Below the pieces are notes generated by a model. It saw only the letters and a list, made by a program, of their open reading frames with translations. It ran no database searches and was not told where the DNA came from. A DNA stretch of 64,000 nt from Candidatus Sericytochromatia bacterium (GTDB taxonomy: Bacteria > Cyanobacteriota > Sericytochromatia > S15B-MN24 > JAQBPE01): positions 3,228 through 67,227 of the forward strand of contig JAKFEW010000043.1 in NCBI GenBank assembly GCA_036675505.1, given 5' to 3'. The position numbers and the translations under genes were made by a program. The number at the start of each line of letters is the position of its first letter. Position 1 is the first letter of the stretch. Below are positions 23,899-32,320 of this stretch, one piece after another.

Positions 23899-24354
23899 TT
23901 ACGTGGACTCGACGCGCAGCTTGTGGGCGCGCGGGCGCTTCAGCTCCACGGCGAGCGGCGCGCGGATGGACAGCACGCCGTTCTTGAAGTTGGCCTTGGC
24001 CTCGGCGTCCTTGATGCGCTGGGGCAAGGGGATGATCCGGTCGAACCGGCCGTACTGCCGCTCGGAGCGGTAGTAATTGTCCTCCTTGATCTCCTGCTCG
24101 CGCTTCGATTCGCCGGAGATGTGGATGGCCTCTTCGGTCACCTCGACGGTGATGTCTTCGGGCCGGAAGCCCGGCAGCTCGATCGAGGCGATGGCTTCCT
24201 TGCCGTTCGTGTAAACGTCCACGCTCGGCAGCAACTGGCCAGTCGCTTCCAACCGAGGAAGGAGGCGGCCAGCGCCCATGTGATTGAACATGCGATCCAT
24301 CTGCTGACGCATCAGTTCAAGCTCGGAAACCGGATTCCAACTTATCAAGCTCAT
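23899..24354 (-). CDS. Small heat-shock protein, Hsp20/alpha-crystallin family
   Basis: ORF 23899..24420 was trimmed to ATG 24354, which has GGAGG upstream. The alpha-crystallin core reads PSVDVYTNGKEAIASIELPGFRPEDITVEV...ERQYGRFDRIIPLP...AKANFKNGVLSIRAP. Upstream, CTTG-N18-CTTAATAT (24425-24454, minus strand) is RpoH-like; this reading is weak. Confidence 0.9.
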   Translation of the reverse strand: MSLISWNPVSELELMRQQMDRMFNHMGAGRLLPRLEATGQLLPSVDVYTNGKEAIASIELPGFRPEDITVEVTEEAIHISGESKREQEIKEDNYYRSERQYGRFDRIIPLPQRIKDAEAKANFKNGVLSIRAPLAVELKRPRAHKLRVEST

Positions 24355-24479
24355 GGCGCAATACCTCCAATGAAAACACTTCCCGTCTCCTCTCGCGTGA
24401 GGATCAGGGGGCAAAGGCAACGAAATATTAAGCCCAGTGTATCAACTTTACAAGTCTTGACATTCAATGATCGCGCTCG

Positions 24480-24800
24480 ATTGGCACCCTGTCGAAGCCA
24501 CGCTCGCTCTCGCTTGCTTCCGCTGCGACGCGGCGCGATCGATCAACTCGCTGGGCTGGTCGTGAACGTCACAGCCCCAGGTGATGCCGGTCACGCGGGC
24601 GCGCTCCTCGAGCTGTCGTAAGCCTGCGGCCGTGTCGATCGCGCCCGAGTAGCCGAAGGTCGGTGATCACGCCGCAGATGCAGCCGTTCTCGATCAGCGG
24701 GGTGAAGCCGGTGTCCTCATCGAGCATCTTCTGGGGCGACTTCCTGGAGCGTCGCGTCCGACGCGCAGGACCTGGGATTCGAGGTCATCACTTCCCGTAC
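24480..24800 (-). pseudogene. Frameshifted CBS-domain gene remnant
   Basis: VREVMTSNPRSCASDATLQEVA is followed, after a +1 shift, by QKMLDEDTGFTPLIENGCICGVITD, which is the classic CBS-pair signature. The frame breaks again afterwards, and no intact ORF covers the region. Confidence 0.45.
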
Positions 24801-24911
24801 CTTTGAAGGGACGACCATTTGCCAGATGCGCGAGCCCACCTTGAATTTGGTATCATCCCTCCACGACTCATCGACATCCTCACGCAACGAGACGCCGCGA
24901 CACATCGCCCC

Positions 24912-25373
24912 ATGGCTCCACCCATCACCATCCGAGTCGACGACCTGACCGGCGAGCCGGTGCGTGCGCTCGTCGCCCGCCACCTCGCCGGCATGTCCGA
25001 AGATACGCCGCCCGCGGACGTTCATGCGCTCGGGATCGACCAGCTGCGAGCGCCGGACATCACGTTCTGGTCCGCGTGGGTCGCTGACGAGCTCGTCGGC
25101 TGCGGGGCGCTGAAGCGCCTGGATGGCGCCCGCGGGGAGATCAAATCGATGCGCGTCGCGGATGAGTGGCTCGGGAAAGGGGTCGGGCGGGCGATCCTCG
25201 CGCACATCGTCGACCACGCGCGGGACGCGGGCTTGAAGAGCCTGTGGCTCGAGACGGGCAAGCCGTTCCAGGCCGCGCGGGTGCTTTATGAACGGGCGGG
25301 CTTTCGCTATTGCGAAGCGTTCGGCGGTTATTCGGCGAGCGACTTCAGCGTCTTCATGACCCTCGCGCTTTAG
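24912..25373 (+). CDS. GNAT-family N-acetyltransferase
   Basis: ORF 24819..25373 was trimmed to ATG 24912. The acetyl-CoA motif A reads IKSMRVADEWLGKGVGRAILAHIVDHARDAG, and YERAGF lies in the C-terminal part. Confidence 0.85.
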   Translation: MAPPITIRVDDLTGEPVRALVARHLAGMSEDTPPADVHALGIDQLRAPDITFWSAWVADELVGCGALKRLDGARGEIKSMRVADEWLGKGVGRAILAHIVDHARDAGLKSLWLETGKPFQAARVLYERAGFRYCEAFGGYSASDFSVFMTLAL

Positions 25374-26487
25374 GCCGCGAGCCCAGCGCCGGTTCCTGGC
25401 CCGTCGGCTGCGCCGAACGCGCGACCGCCGGCTCGATCATCGTCCGCGGCACCAGCGAGCCATGGAGAATGAGGCCGTCGTTCGTCGCGAGCAGCAGGAC
25501 CTCACCCCCCGCGACGAACTGGTGCTGAGCGAACCACCTGTCCTTGTGGCGGACGTGCAGGTCCACCAGGACGGCGCCGTCCGCGAGCGATACGACCTGA
25601 CACCCGTTCGGCGGCTGGTGCCCGTGCCCGCCGGTCACAGCCAGCGCGACCCTGCCGCAGGGCGAAATGGCCGCCAGGTGAACGGGCGCCATGCACGGGT
25701 TCAGCGTACGTGCCACCCGCTGGTCCAGGTCGACGCACGCCAGCCCGTAATGCGGCTGGCCGGCATGCGGCTGTGCGAGCTCGGTGAAGACGAATTGCTC
25801 ATCGGGGCCGCACTTGCCGGAACGGCCCGAAATGAGACCGCGCCAGCGCGCGCGCTCCTCGCCGGTCCGGGCGTCGTAGCTCACGAGGTCGGGCGCCTGA
25901 ACGACCTGGATGACCTGCTCGTCGCGCGAAACCCGGAAGTCGGACCAGGGCCCCGATTCCTGCTCGCGGCGGTGCCACAGCCGCCTCCGGCCCTCCACGT
26001 CCAAGGCGACGAGCACCCTTTCCGTCCGCCAGGATTCCGCCGCGAAATCCGTGAACCCCACCTCGATCGCGAGGATCTTCCCGCTCGCGCCGACCTGGAT
26101 CTCCCGGACGAAGCTGGGGCTGCCCTCGGGCCCCAGGATCCCGCTAGCCACGAACCACGGCGCGGTGATGCTGCCGGTTTCGCCGTCGGCCAGCAACACG
26201 GCGCCGTTGTGGTCGGCGCCCAGGAAGAGCTGCCGGCCGTCGGGGTGGAAGGCGACCCGCTCGAGCTTGAGGTCCGCCGTAATCTCCCGCACGCGCGTGC
26301 CGGTGCGGCGGTCCCAGAGGGAGCACACGCCAGCCGGTCCGATCGTCGCGACGCGCGTGCCGTCGGGCGAGCAAGCCAGCGTGCCCGGGCCGTCGGCGAC
26401 CTCGGCCCGCCACACGTGATCGACCCGCAGCTCGGCGGTGCCGGACCGTACGTCCAGCCACTTCCTGTACGAATCGAGCTCGGGCAT
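25354..26487 (-). CDS. Cytoplasmic WD40/PD40-like beta-propeller protein, function unknown
   Basis: The ORF is 377 aa with GGGAGAG upstream and no signal peptide. Blade-like repeats occur (CSPDGTRVATIG, FHPDGRQLFLG, ISPCGRVALAV). Its 3' end overlaps the convergent GNAT gene by 20 nt. Confidence 0.65.
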   Translation of the reverse strand: MPELDSYRKWLDVRSGTAELRVDHVWRAEVADGPGTLACSPDGTRVATIGPAGVCSLWDRRTGTRVREITADLKLERVAFHPDGRQLFLGADHNGAVLLADGETGSITAPWFVASGILGPEGSPSFVREIQVGASGKILAIEVGFTDFAAESWRTERVLVALDVEGRRRLWHRREQESGPWSDFRVSRDEQVIQVVQAPDLVSYDARTGEERARWRGLISGRSGKCGPDEQFVFTELAQPHAGQPHYGLACVDLDQRVARTLNPCMAPVHLAAISPCGRVALAVTGGHGHQPPNGCQVVSLADGAVLVDLHVRHKDRWFAQHQFVAGGEVLLLATNDGLILHGSLVPRTMIEPAVARSAQPTGQEPALGSRPKARGS

Positions 26488-26574
26488 CGACGAGGCTCTC
26501 CCTGCACAGCCGGGTCCTGCCAGGCCACCGCCATGGCCCGGCTGGTCCTGTCATACCCGTGGTGGAGCGGATAA

Positions 26575-26779
26575 GGACCGCCTGCAGCTGGTCTTCCACC
26601 GCGGCGCGAAGGTCAAGGATGCGGCGGGCTTCGCCTTCGCGGATCCGGCCGGGCTCGTGAAGTGGGCGGCCCCCGATCGCGGCATCGTCACGCTGCACGA
26701 CCTGGCCGACGTGGAGGCCAAGCGGGTCGCGCTGACCGACCTCATCAAGCGGTGGATGATCGCGACGTGCACCGCCTGA
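26575..26779 (+). pseudogene. Possible C-terminal fragment of a DUF1801/YdhG-like gene
   Basis: LQLVFHRGAKVKDAAGFAFADPAGLVKWAAPDRGIVTLHDLADVEAKRVALTDLIKRW resembles the distal part of DUF1801 proteins. The N-terminal part of the ORF overlaps the neighbouring gene start and looks non-coding. Confidence 0.3.
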
Positions 26780-27174
26780 GCGACGTACAGTCCGACGCGC
26801 AGCCGGTAAACCTCGCGGCCGAGCCCCGGGCCCTGCTCCTCGCGGAGGTCGCCGACCGCATCGTCGCAAGGGCGCGGGAAGGAACCACGCGGGTCGGTAT
26901 CGACGGCATCTTCCTTCACCGGCCGGAACTCCGCCGACACTGGGATTTCTCGTTTTTCCTCGCGGTCCCGTTCAACGTCTCGATTCCCCGCATGGCCCGC
27001 CGGGACCAGTCGTCCCCGGATTCGAACGCACCGGAACACCGGCGCCACGTCGAAGGCCAACGCCTCTACCTCGGCCTGTGCGATCCCCAGTCGCTCGCCG
27101 ATCTGGTCATCGCGCATGCCGATTTCGCCCATCCAGTCATCCTGTCGGCGCGACCTGCCACTACGTCCGCGTAG
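26767..27174 (+). pseudogene. Uridine-kinase/P-loop-kinase-like gene lacking its P-loop (probable internal deletion)
   Basis: ...TRVGIDG is joined directly to IFLHRPELRRHWDFSFFLAVPFNVSIPRMARRD...VEGQRLYLGLCDPQSLADLVIAHADFAHPVI. The G-x4-GK(T/S) segment expected after VGIDG is absent. Only a GTG start (26767) is available. Confidence 0.35.
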
Positions 27175-27349
27175 ACTGTCCGATCAGCGAACTGGACGCT
27201 CGAAGCGTAGCGCCACTTTCCATGGCAGCTCAGGGCCACATCGGTTCAGGGGCCGTTCATTGACGGCCAATACATCCTACGACAGTTTTCGCACCGAACC
27301 AGCGGTAAAATCGACTCCGTCACACGCCCGCGTTCTGGTTGAATTTCTA

Positions 27350-27364
27350 TATCACTGAGTGATA
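27350..27364 (+). promoter_or_regulatory. Perfect 7-1-7 palindrome (TATCACT-G-AGTGATA) 5 nt upstream of the toxin start; likely toxin-antitoxin autoregulatory operator
   Basis: It was read directly at 27350-27364. It sits in an AT-richer stretch, with TTGAAT at about 27339 as a possible -35. Confidence 0.5.
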
Positions 27365-27368
27365 CGCT

Positions 27369-27776
27369 ATGCCCAGGCAAAGAGTCTTCAAGGTCCGTGA
27401 CTTCGACCGCTGGGTGCGTAAGACCTCGCTGACTGACGAGGCCCTCTGCGCGGCCGTTGCCGAGATGACGGCAGGGCTTGTCGACGCCGACCTGGGTGGT
27501 GGCGTTCTCAAGAAGCGGGTCGCCTTACCGGGCAAGGGCAAGAGCGGAGGCTTTCGGACCCTCATCGCGACGAACAAGGGCAACCGCTGGTTCTTCGTCT
27601 TCGGCTTCGAGAAGTCTGAGCGCAGCAACATCAGCCCGAAGGAAGCGACCGCGCTGAAGTTGTACGCCTCCGACCTCTTGAAACTGACACCGCCTCAACT
27701 GGAAGATATGGTCGAGCGCAAGATGTTGGTGGAGATCTGCCATGAGCGAAAAGAACAGCAAGAAGGCCAAAAGTAA
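27369..27776 (+). CDS. Type II toxin, RelE/ParE superfamily (COG4737-like)
   Basis: The 135-aa protein has GGGVLKKRVALPGKGKSGGFRTLIATNKGNRWFFVFGFEKSERSNISPKE, characteristic of the RelE-like toxins that pair with NadS/YiaG-type HTH antitoxins. It overlaps the downstream HTH gene by 35 nt. Confidence 0.8.
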   Translation: MPRQRVFKVRDFDRWVRKTSLTDEALCAAVAEMTAGLVDADLGGGVLKKRVALPGKGKSGGFRTLIATNKGNRWFFVFGFEKSERSNISPKEATALKLYASDLLKLTPPQLEDMVERKMLVEICHERKEQQEGQK

Positions 27777-28083
27777 GCCCACGAGCCGTCTTCTGGACGC
27801 GGTTCATGAGGGCGCGAAGGACCTCCAGGTGGCCGGATTCATCGATATGCGCAGGATGCGCGAGTATGATGCGCTCTGCTTGAAGCCTGTCGAACCCTAT
27901 ACGAAGGAGCAGATCGCCGCGCTCCGGACCCGCTTGAACATCAGCCAGGCCGTCTTGGCGTCGATCCTGAATACGAGCCTGTCGACCGTCCGCCAGTGGG
28001 AAGCAGGCTCAAAGCGACCGAGCGGTCCCTCATTGAAGCTCCTCAACCTCCTCGGTACCAAGGGCATCGAGGCGCTCGTCTGA
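27742..28083 (+). CDS. HTH (XRE/NadS-type) antitoxin
   Basis: The 113-aa protein has the C-terminal HTH IAALRTRLNISQAVLASILNTSLSTVRQWEAGSKRPSGPSLKLLNLL. Confidence 0.8.
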   Translation: MSEKNSKKAKSKPTSRLLDAVHEGAKDLQVAGFIDMRRMREYDALCLKPVEPYTKEQIAALRTRLNISQAVLASILNTSLSTVRQWEAGSKRPSGPSLKLLNLLGTKGIEALV

Positions 28084-28539
28084 TCATGACGAGACGCGAC
28101 GAGAAGTTGATCGCGCCACTCGTCCACGGCCAAGCGCCAGACCGGCGATGACGAAGAAGAGCCCGAGCCCGAGGTACAGCGCCTGTAACCAGTGGTGCAG
28201 CGGGACGAACAGGAACTCGCCGGCGAGCCAGCCGATCAGGATCGCCCCGACGGCCGCGGTGAACCACCCGGCCCACACGGGTCGGCGGAACGCGACGGCG
28301 GTCGCGGCGGCGTTCGCGACTCCGACCAGGAAGAAGAGGATCAGGCCGGGCAGCAGATAGTCGGGAAAGGGGCTCTGCGAGAGCCATGCCGGGTCGGCCT
28401 GGATCAAGGAGCCGTCGGGCCGCAGCACGAAGGCGCCGCCGCCCAGGAGGGCGCCGACCGCCACGAACGCATGCACGAGGCCGATGCCGATCCAGGCGAC
28501 GGGGTGAGGTGAGCGGGGCGAAGCGGGATAGCGCGCCAT
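28084..28539 (-). CDS. Small integral membrane protein (about 4 TM), function unknown
   Basis: The RBS is strong (GGAGGTCGCCC-ATG). Hydrophobic segments are WIGIGLVHAFVAVGALLGGGAF, LLPGLILFFLVGVANAAATAVAF, WFTAAVGAILIGWLAGEFLF and ALYLGLGLFFVIAGLAL. Confidence 0.6.
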   Translation of the reverse strand: MARYPASPRSPHPVAWIGIGLVHAFVAVGALLGGGAFVLRPDGSLIQADPAWLSQSPFPDYLLPGLILFFLVGVANAAATAVAFRRPVWAGWFTAAVGAILIGWLAGEFLFVPLHHWLQALYLGLGLFFVIAGLALGRGRVARSTSRRVSS

Positions 28540-28564
28540 GGGGCGACCTCCAGATCGTTGAAGC

Positions 28565-29074
28565 CTACAGCGTCCGCCGGACCCAGGTCAGGCTCGTCAG
28601 CAAGCAGGCTGTCACAAACACGAAGCTCGGCAAGCCGAACCAGAACACGACGGTCTCCCAGTGCGCAAGCGCGAACCGCTCACCGAGGCCCAGCCTGACC
28701 AGGGCCAGAAACGGCACCACGAGCAGACCGGCGACGAGGAAGCCGATGCCGATCGCCTTGTCCGGGGAGCGATCGCCATTCCATCGCCGCGACGCGCCAG
28801 CGATGAGCAAGGCGGACGCGGCGCCTGCCAGGGCAGGGCCGAGGGCCAGGAGCAGCGCGAAGGCCGTCACCAGGTAGGCCAGGGTCAAGGCGACGGTCGT
28901 GAGCGTCCCCCAGGCCGCGAAGGGTCCGAGGACGTCCAAAATCGTCCCGGCGGACCGGGCGATCGCGTAGAGCCCGAACAGCGAGGCGTACGCGAAGGTA
29001 GCGGCGATGCCGATCTGGGCCCCCGTCCAAGCCACCTTCCCCCAGTCGAGCGGTTGCAGGTCTCGGCGTGTCAT
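28565..29074 (-). CDS. Integral membrane protein, function unknown
   Basis: ORF 28565..29116 was trimmed to ATG 29074, since the upstream gene stops at 29082. It has five or so hydrophobic helices. Confidence 0.6.
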   Translation of the reverse strand: MTRRDLQPLDWGKVAWTGAQIGIAATFAYASLFGLYAIARSAGTILDVLGPFAAWGTLTTVALTLAYLVTAFALLLALGPALAGAASALLIAGASRRWNGDRSPDKAIGIGFLVAGLLVVPFLALVRLGLGERFALAHWETVVFWFGLPSFVFVTACLLTSLTWVRRTL

Positions 29075-29081
29075 CGTCCGC

Positions 29082-29750
29082 CTACCTCGCGCTTTCAGCC
29101 TGGCGCTTGATGCCAAGCATCATGCCGATCTCCATCACCAGGTGCGCCTGCTCGAAGATGCCGTAGTACAAGGCCGCGGCACCCCAGCTTCGCACGGGGA
29201 ATGAAGGATAGCGCACAATCAGGCGGGTGCGGTCGGGGCCGAGCGGCACCAGGTGCCAATCCCAGCCGCCGACCACCAGGTCGCGGCCCGGGATGACCAG
29301 GCTAACCGGCTCAAACGGCCCGTCCTTCATGTAGGAGAGGTGATCCCCCACGCGCGGCGTCTGGTACTGCGGCAGGATCCGATCGGCATTGTGGATGTCG
29401 GCGGCGAAGAGGTTCTCGAGCCAGTCGAAGCTCTGGAACCCGCCACGCCCCTGTCCGAGCTGGGCGACCCACGGCCATACGCGCGCGGCCGGCGCGTCGA
29501 TGGTGATGGCCCGGGTCGAGACCACGACCCCAGCCGGAATGTAGGGGTCGCCAGGTAAGGCCTGCAGCACTTCCGCATCGGTGGCCCCCCAGCGCATGTG
29601 GTAGGGGCGCAGGACGCCGACGTAGAGCACCGCGAACACCGCCAGGAAGAGGCCGACGGCCATCAACAGGCGACGAACGAGCTGCCGTGGCCTGGCCTGG
29701 GCGTTGGCCGGCCCGGCCGCGGAGACAGGGGGTCGATCGAGCGTATTCAT
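29082..29750 (-). CDS. Membrane-anchored SRPBCC-superfamily (polyketide cyclase/START-like) protein
   Basis: It has an N-terminal TM (LLMAVGLFLAVFAVLYVGVL). This is followed by the SRPBCC-like pattern STRAITIDAPAARVWPWVAQLGQGRGGFQSFDWLEN...LVPLGPDRTRLIVR. Confidence 0.65.
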   Translation of the reverse strand: MNTLDRPPVSAAGPANAQARPRQLVRRLLMAVGLFLAVFAVLYVGVLRPYHMRWGATDAEVLQALPGDPYIPAGVVVSTRAITIDAPAARVWPWVAQLGQGRGGFQSFDWLENLFAADIHNADRILPQYQTPRVGDHLSYMKDGPFEPVSLVIPGRDLVVGGWDWHLVPLGPDRTRLIVRYPSFPVRSWGAAALYYGIFEQAHLVMEIGMMLGIKRQAESAR

Positions 29751-29975
29751 GGAGACGGGCCTCGCGCCAAAACCCGGCCGTCGGTGTCGCCTGTTGATTC
29801 CTGCCTCAATGATGACTTGGATCGAAACCTATGACATCGGCAGGAAACCCGCTGTCGTATCCCCCGCCCGAATGTTTAGACAAGCCGCGTTCAATCTCAG
29901 CATGGATTACCGAACCGACCAGCGCGCGAGGAGTTCTACATTTGAATCATCCATCGCTTCGCAAGGAGGTCCCCG

Positions 29976-30449
29976 ATGCCCCGCGCGCTCGGCGCCCCGC
30001 ATCCTGCTCGGAATGCCCAGCTCAAGACATTGAACCGGCTCTCCTATCCCATCAACTACGTCGTCCAACTGGCGACGGTCGTTCCGATGACGCTCAATGG
30101 TACCCTGGGCGAGTTTCGCCTCCTCGACCAGACCCCTCATTCGCTGATGTGGGACCTCGATGCCCTGGGCTATATCTTCATGGGCCTGGCGACGGCGTTC
30201 GCGGTGCCGGTGCTCAGCCAAGAAGGGCTCGAAGGCTGGGCCAGGCGTTTCTTCCTCGCTCACACGTTCATGACGCCGGTCATCGCATTCGTCTACTTCT
30301 ATCCCGGCTTTTCCACTTCGCTGCTGCTCATCGGCTCGCCGTGGCTCATCACGGCCCCAGGCGCGGCACTGACGCTGGCGCTGGTCTTCAGGCGACGGCT
30401 CCACGCGACACGAAACGAGGAAGCAACCGGCCTCTCGAAAGGGGATTGA
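29976..30449 (+). CDS. Integral membrane protein, function unknown
   Basis: The RBS is strong (AAGGAGGTCCCCG-ATG). It has three to four hydrophobic helices. Confidence 0.6.
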   Translation: MPRALGAPHPARNAQLKTLNRLSYPINYVVQLATVVPMTLNGTLGEFRLLDQTPHSLMWDLDALGYIFMGLATAFAVPVLSQEGLEGWARRFFLAHTFMTPVIAFVYFYPGFSTSLLLIGSPWLITAPGAALTLALVFRRRLHATRNEEATGLSKGD

Positions 30450-30488
30450 GTGACACAAAGGAAATCGCGCTCCGAAGAGATCTCATGG

Positions 30489-32168
30489 CTAGTCCGTCAC
30501 ATTGACCACGAAGGTCACGTCGGTCGCCTCGAGCATGCTGAGCACCGACTCGTCATAGCGCGATTTCAGGTCCGCCGCCGCGGCCCCCTGCGCGAACCGG
30601 GGAGACACGCGGATCTTGAGCCTGTACGCGCCGACGCTCCGCGGGGTGAACGTCGTCGTCAGCGTTGGGAAGCGGCGGTCCGCCGGGCAGGTTCCGACGT
30701 TCGTGCGGCGGGCGATGAGGCCTGAGAAGGTCACCATCCGGATCGGGTCGAGCAAGGAGGCGTAGGCGGCGGTCGGCGTCTCGCACGCGTTGTCCACCAG
30801 GAACGAGAGGGTGACGGGGACCGGCTGTCCCACCTTCCCTTCCCGGGGCGCGACGAGGTCCACGAACGTGCCCACGGGCCGGGGCATGGCGGCCACCGGT
30901 AGGAGCCCGGCGGCGACGTCGCGTGGCACGCGGGCCGTCATGATACCGGGTGCGTGCCCGCGGAGCTCCCCGTAGATGATCCGCTCGTCGTCCAGCCAGC
31001 CACGCAGCGGGACCGGCGCGCCGAGGATCGTGACGTCCAGGCGTTCCAGCGAGATCACGACAGTGTCGCCCTGGACCTGGCCGGCAGTGGCGACGCCGAG
31101 GATTCGCGCCCCGTCGGGCGACGGCCAGACGGGGTAGAGCGAGTTGTAGTACATCCCGGTCTCGGGGTGCCGCAACTCGGCCTGCCGTTCGACAACTTCG
31201 TCGTTCCAGAATGAAAGCGTGGATACACGAAGCCGGGCGGGTCCTGGGTTCGCGCTGGGGTTCTCGACGCGCACGACGTGGAGCTGATCCGAGGTGGCCG
31301 CCCAAGTCAACACCGTGCCTTCCGCCCGAACAGCCCGTGATTGGGAGTTGGTTACATCTATCATCCGTACCTCGGTCGGCAGCTCGCCACGCGGATCCCT
31401 CGCCTCGTAAGCCAGCCGGGCCCCGTCGGGCGACCAGGTCAGGTTGGTATGCGCCACCCCGTCGTAAAGCTTGATGGCATCAGGGGCGCTTCCACCCACC
31501 AGCCACAGCGGCCCGGCCGTCCTCCCTCCGGTCGTGTGGACCACCTGGTCGGTGCGCGGGTTCGCGAGGATGACGGGCGCTTCCGTACCGGGCGGGTATG
31601 CGGCCAGCACAACCGGGGGCCCGCCTGCCAGGGGCAGGCGCACCACGCGGTAGCCGAGCGTCTCGGTCTTCGGCACGCCCAGGTCGATGAACTCGCCTGG
31701 GAACGCCTTGAAGAGTCGCTCGACGTAGACCAGGGTCTGGCCGTCACCCTGCCACTGGAAGACCCCCTTCACCTCACTCTCCAACGCCCGGGCCGACCCC
31801 GGCGCACCGCCAACCGGCGCCAGGTACACCCGGTTCGGTTCCTCGGCCAGCGAGAACGCGACCTGGCGACGGTCCGGCGAGACCACCACCTGCCGCAGCC
31901 GCCCGGCGGGGAAGGCCGCCAGAGGCGTTTGCTCGTAGAGGAGGTGCGGCGCGGACTGGTACGACGGCGAGGGCGAAGGCGAGGGTGCCGCGAGCGAGCC
32001 GGTCGGGGCCGGACTCGGTGTCGACCCGGTGACCGAGCTCGGCACCGCGCTCGGCGTGGGGCCTGGTGTCGGCGTTACGAGGCTGGCCGGCGGGACCGGC
32101 GGCGACGGCCCGCCACAGCCGGCCGCAACCAGGGCCAGGATGAACGTACCTACCAGCTGTCGATTCAT
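30489..32168 (-). CDS. PD40/TolB-like beta-propeller lipoprotein, paralogue A, with an extra C-terminal about 130-aa domain
   Basis: ORF 30489..32195 was trimmed to ATG 32168, which has AAGGTGA upstream. It has a lipobox (LVAAGC) and a Pro/Ser/Thr linker. Blades include VSPDRRQVAFS, WSPDGARLAYE and PSPDGARILGV. Confidence 0.75.
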   Translation of the reverse strand: MNRQLVGTFILALVAAGCGGPSPPVPPASLVTPTPGPTPSAVPSSVTGSTPSPAPTGSLAAPSPSPSPSYQSAPHLLYEQTPLAAFPAGRLRQVVVSPDRRQVAFSLAEEPNRVYLAPVGGAPGSARALESEVKGVFQWQGDGQTLVYVERLFKAFPGEFIDLGVPKTETLGYRVVRLPLAGGPPVVLAAYPPGTEAPVILANPRTDQVVHTTGGRTAGPLWLVGGSAPDAIKLYDGVAHTNLTWSPDGARLAYEARDPRGELPTEVRMIDVTNSQSRAVRAEGTVLTWAATSDQLHVVRVENPSANPGPARLRVSTLSFWNDEVVERQAELRHPETGMYYNSLYPVWPSPDGARILGVATAGQVQGDTVVISLERLDVTILGAPVPLRGWLDDERIIYGELRGHAPGIMTARVPRDVAAGLLPVAAMPRPVGTFVDLVAPREGKVGQPVPVTLSFLVDNACETPTAAYASLLDPIRMVTFSGLIARRTNVGTCPADRRFPTLTTTFTPRSVGAYRLKIRVSPRFAQGAAAADLKSRYDESVLSMLEATDVTFVVNVTD

Positions 32169-32257
32169 CGCTCGGTCACCTTTGATGACCAGCACGTCGC
32201 GGAATGCGACAAGCCAGCATGACGTCGAGACTACCGTGCGTCGCCGTTGTGGTCTTT

Positions 32258-32280
32258 GGAAAATTTCCTACAAAATTTGT
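32258..32280. promoter_or_regulatory. Twin AT-rich 5-1-5 palindromes (GGAAA-A-TTTCC, ACAAA-A-TTTGT) about 90-110 nt upstream of paralogue A
   Basis: They were read directly: ggaaaatttcc at 32258-32268 and acaaaatttgt at 32270-32280. They lie in the 152-bp gap between paralogues B and A. Confidence 0.3.
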
Positions 32281-32320
32281 TCGCCTGCTCCCAAAGCCCA
32301 GATCCAGCGGCATACCAGCC

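Noticed and set aside
27008-27025. A GGATTCGAAC string that resembles the reverse complement of a tRNA T-loop.
   Set aside because: The flanking bases (CCCGG / CGCAC) cannot form a T-stem. No acceptor or anticodon arms can be drawn. The string lies inside the kinase-like reading frame.
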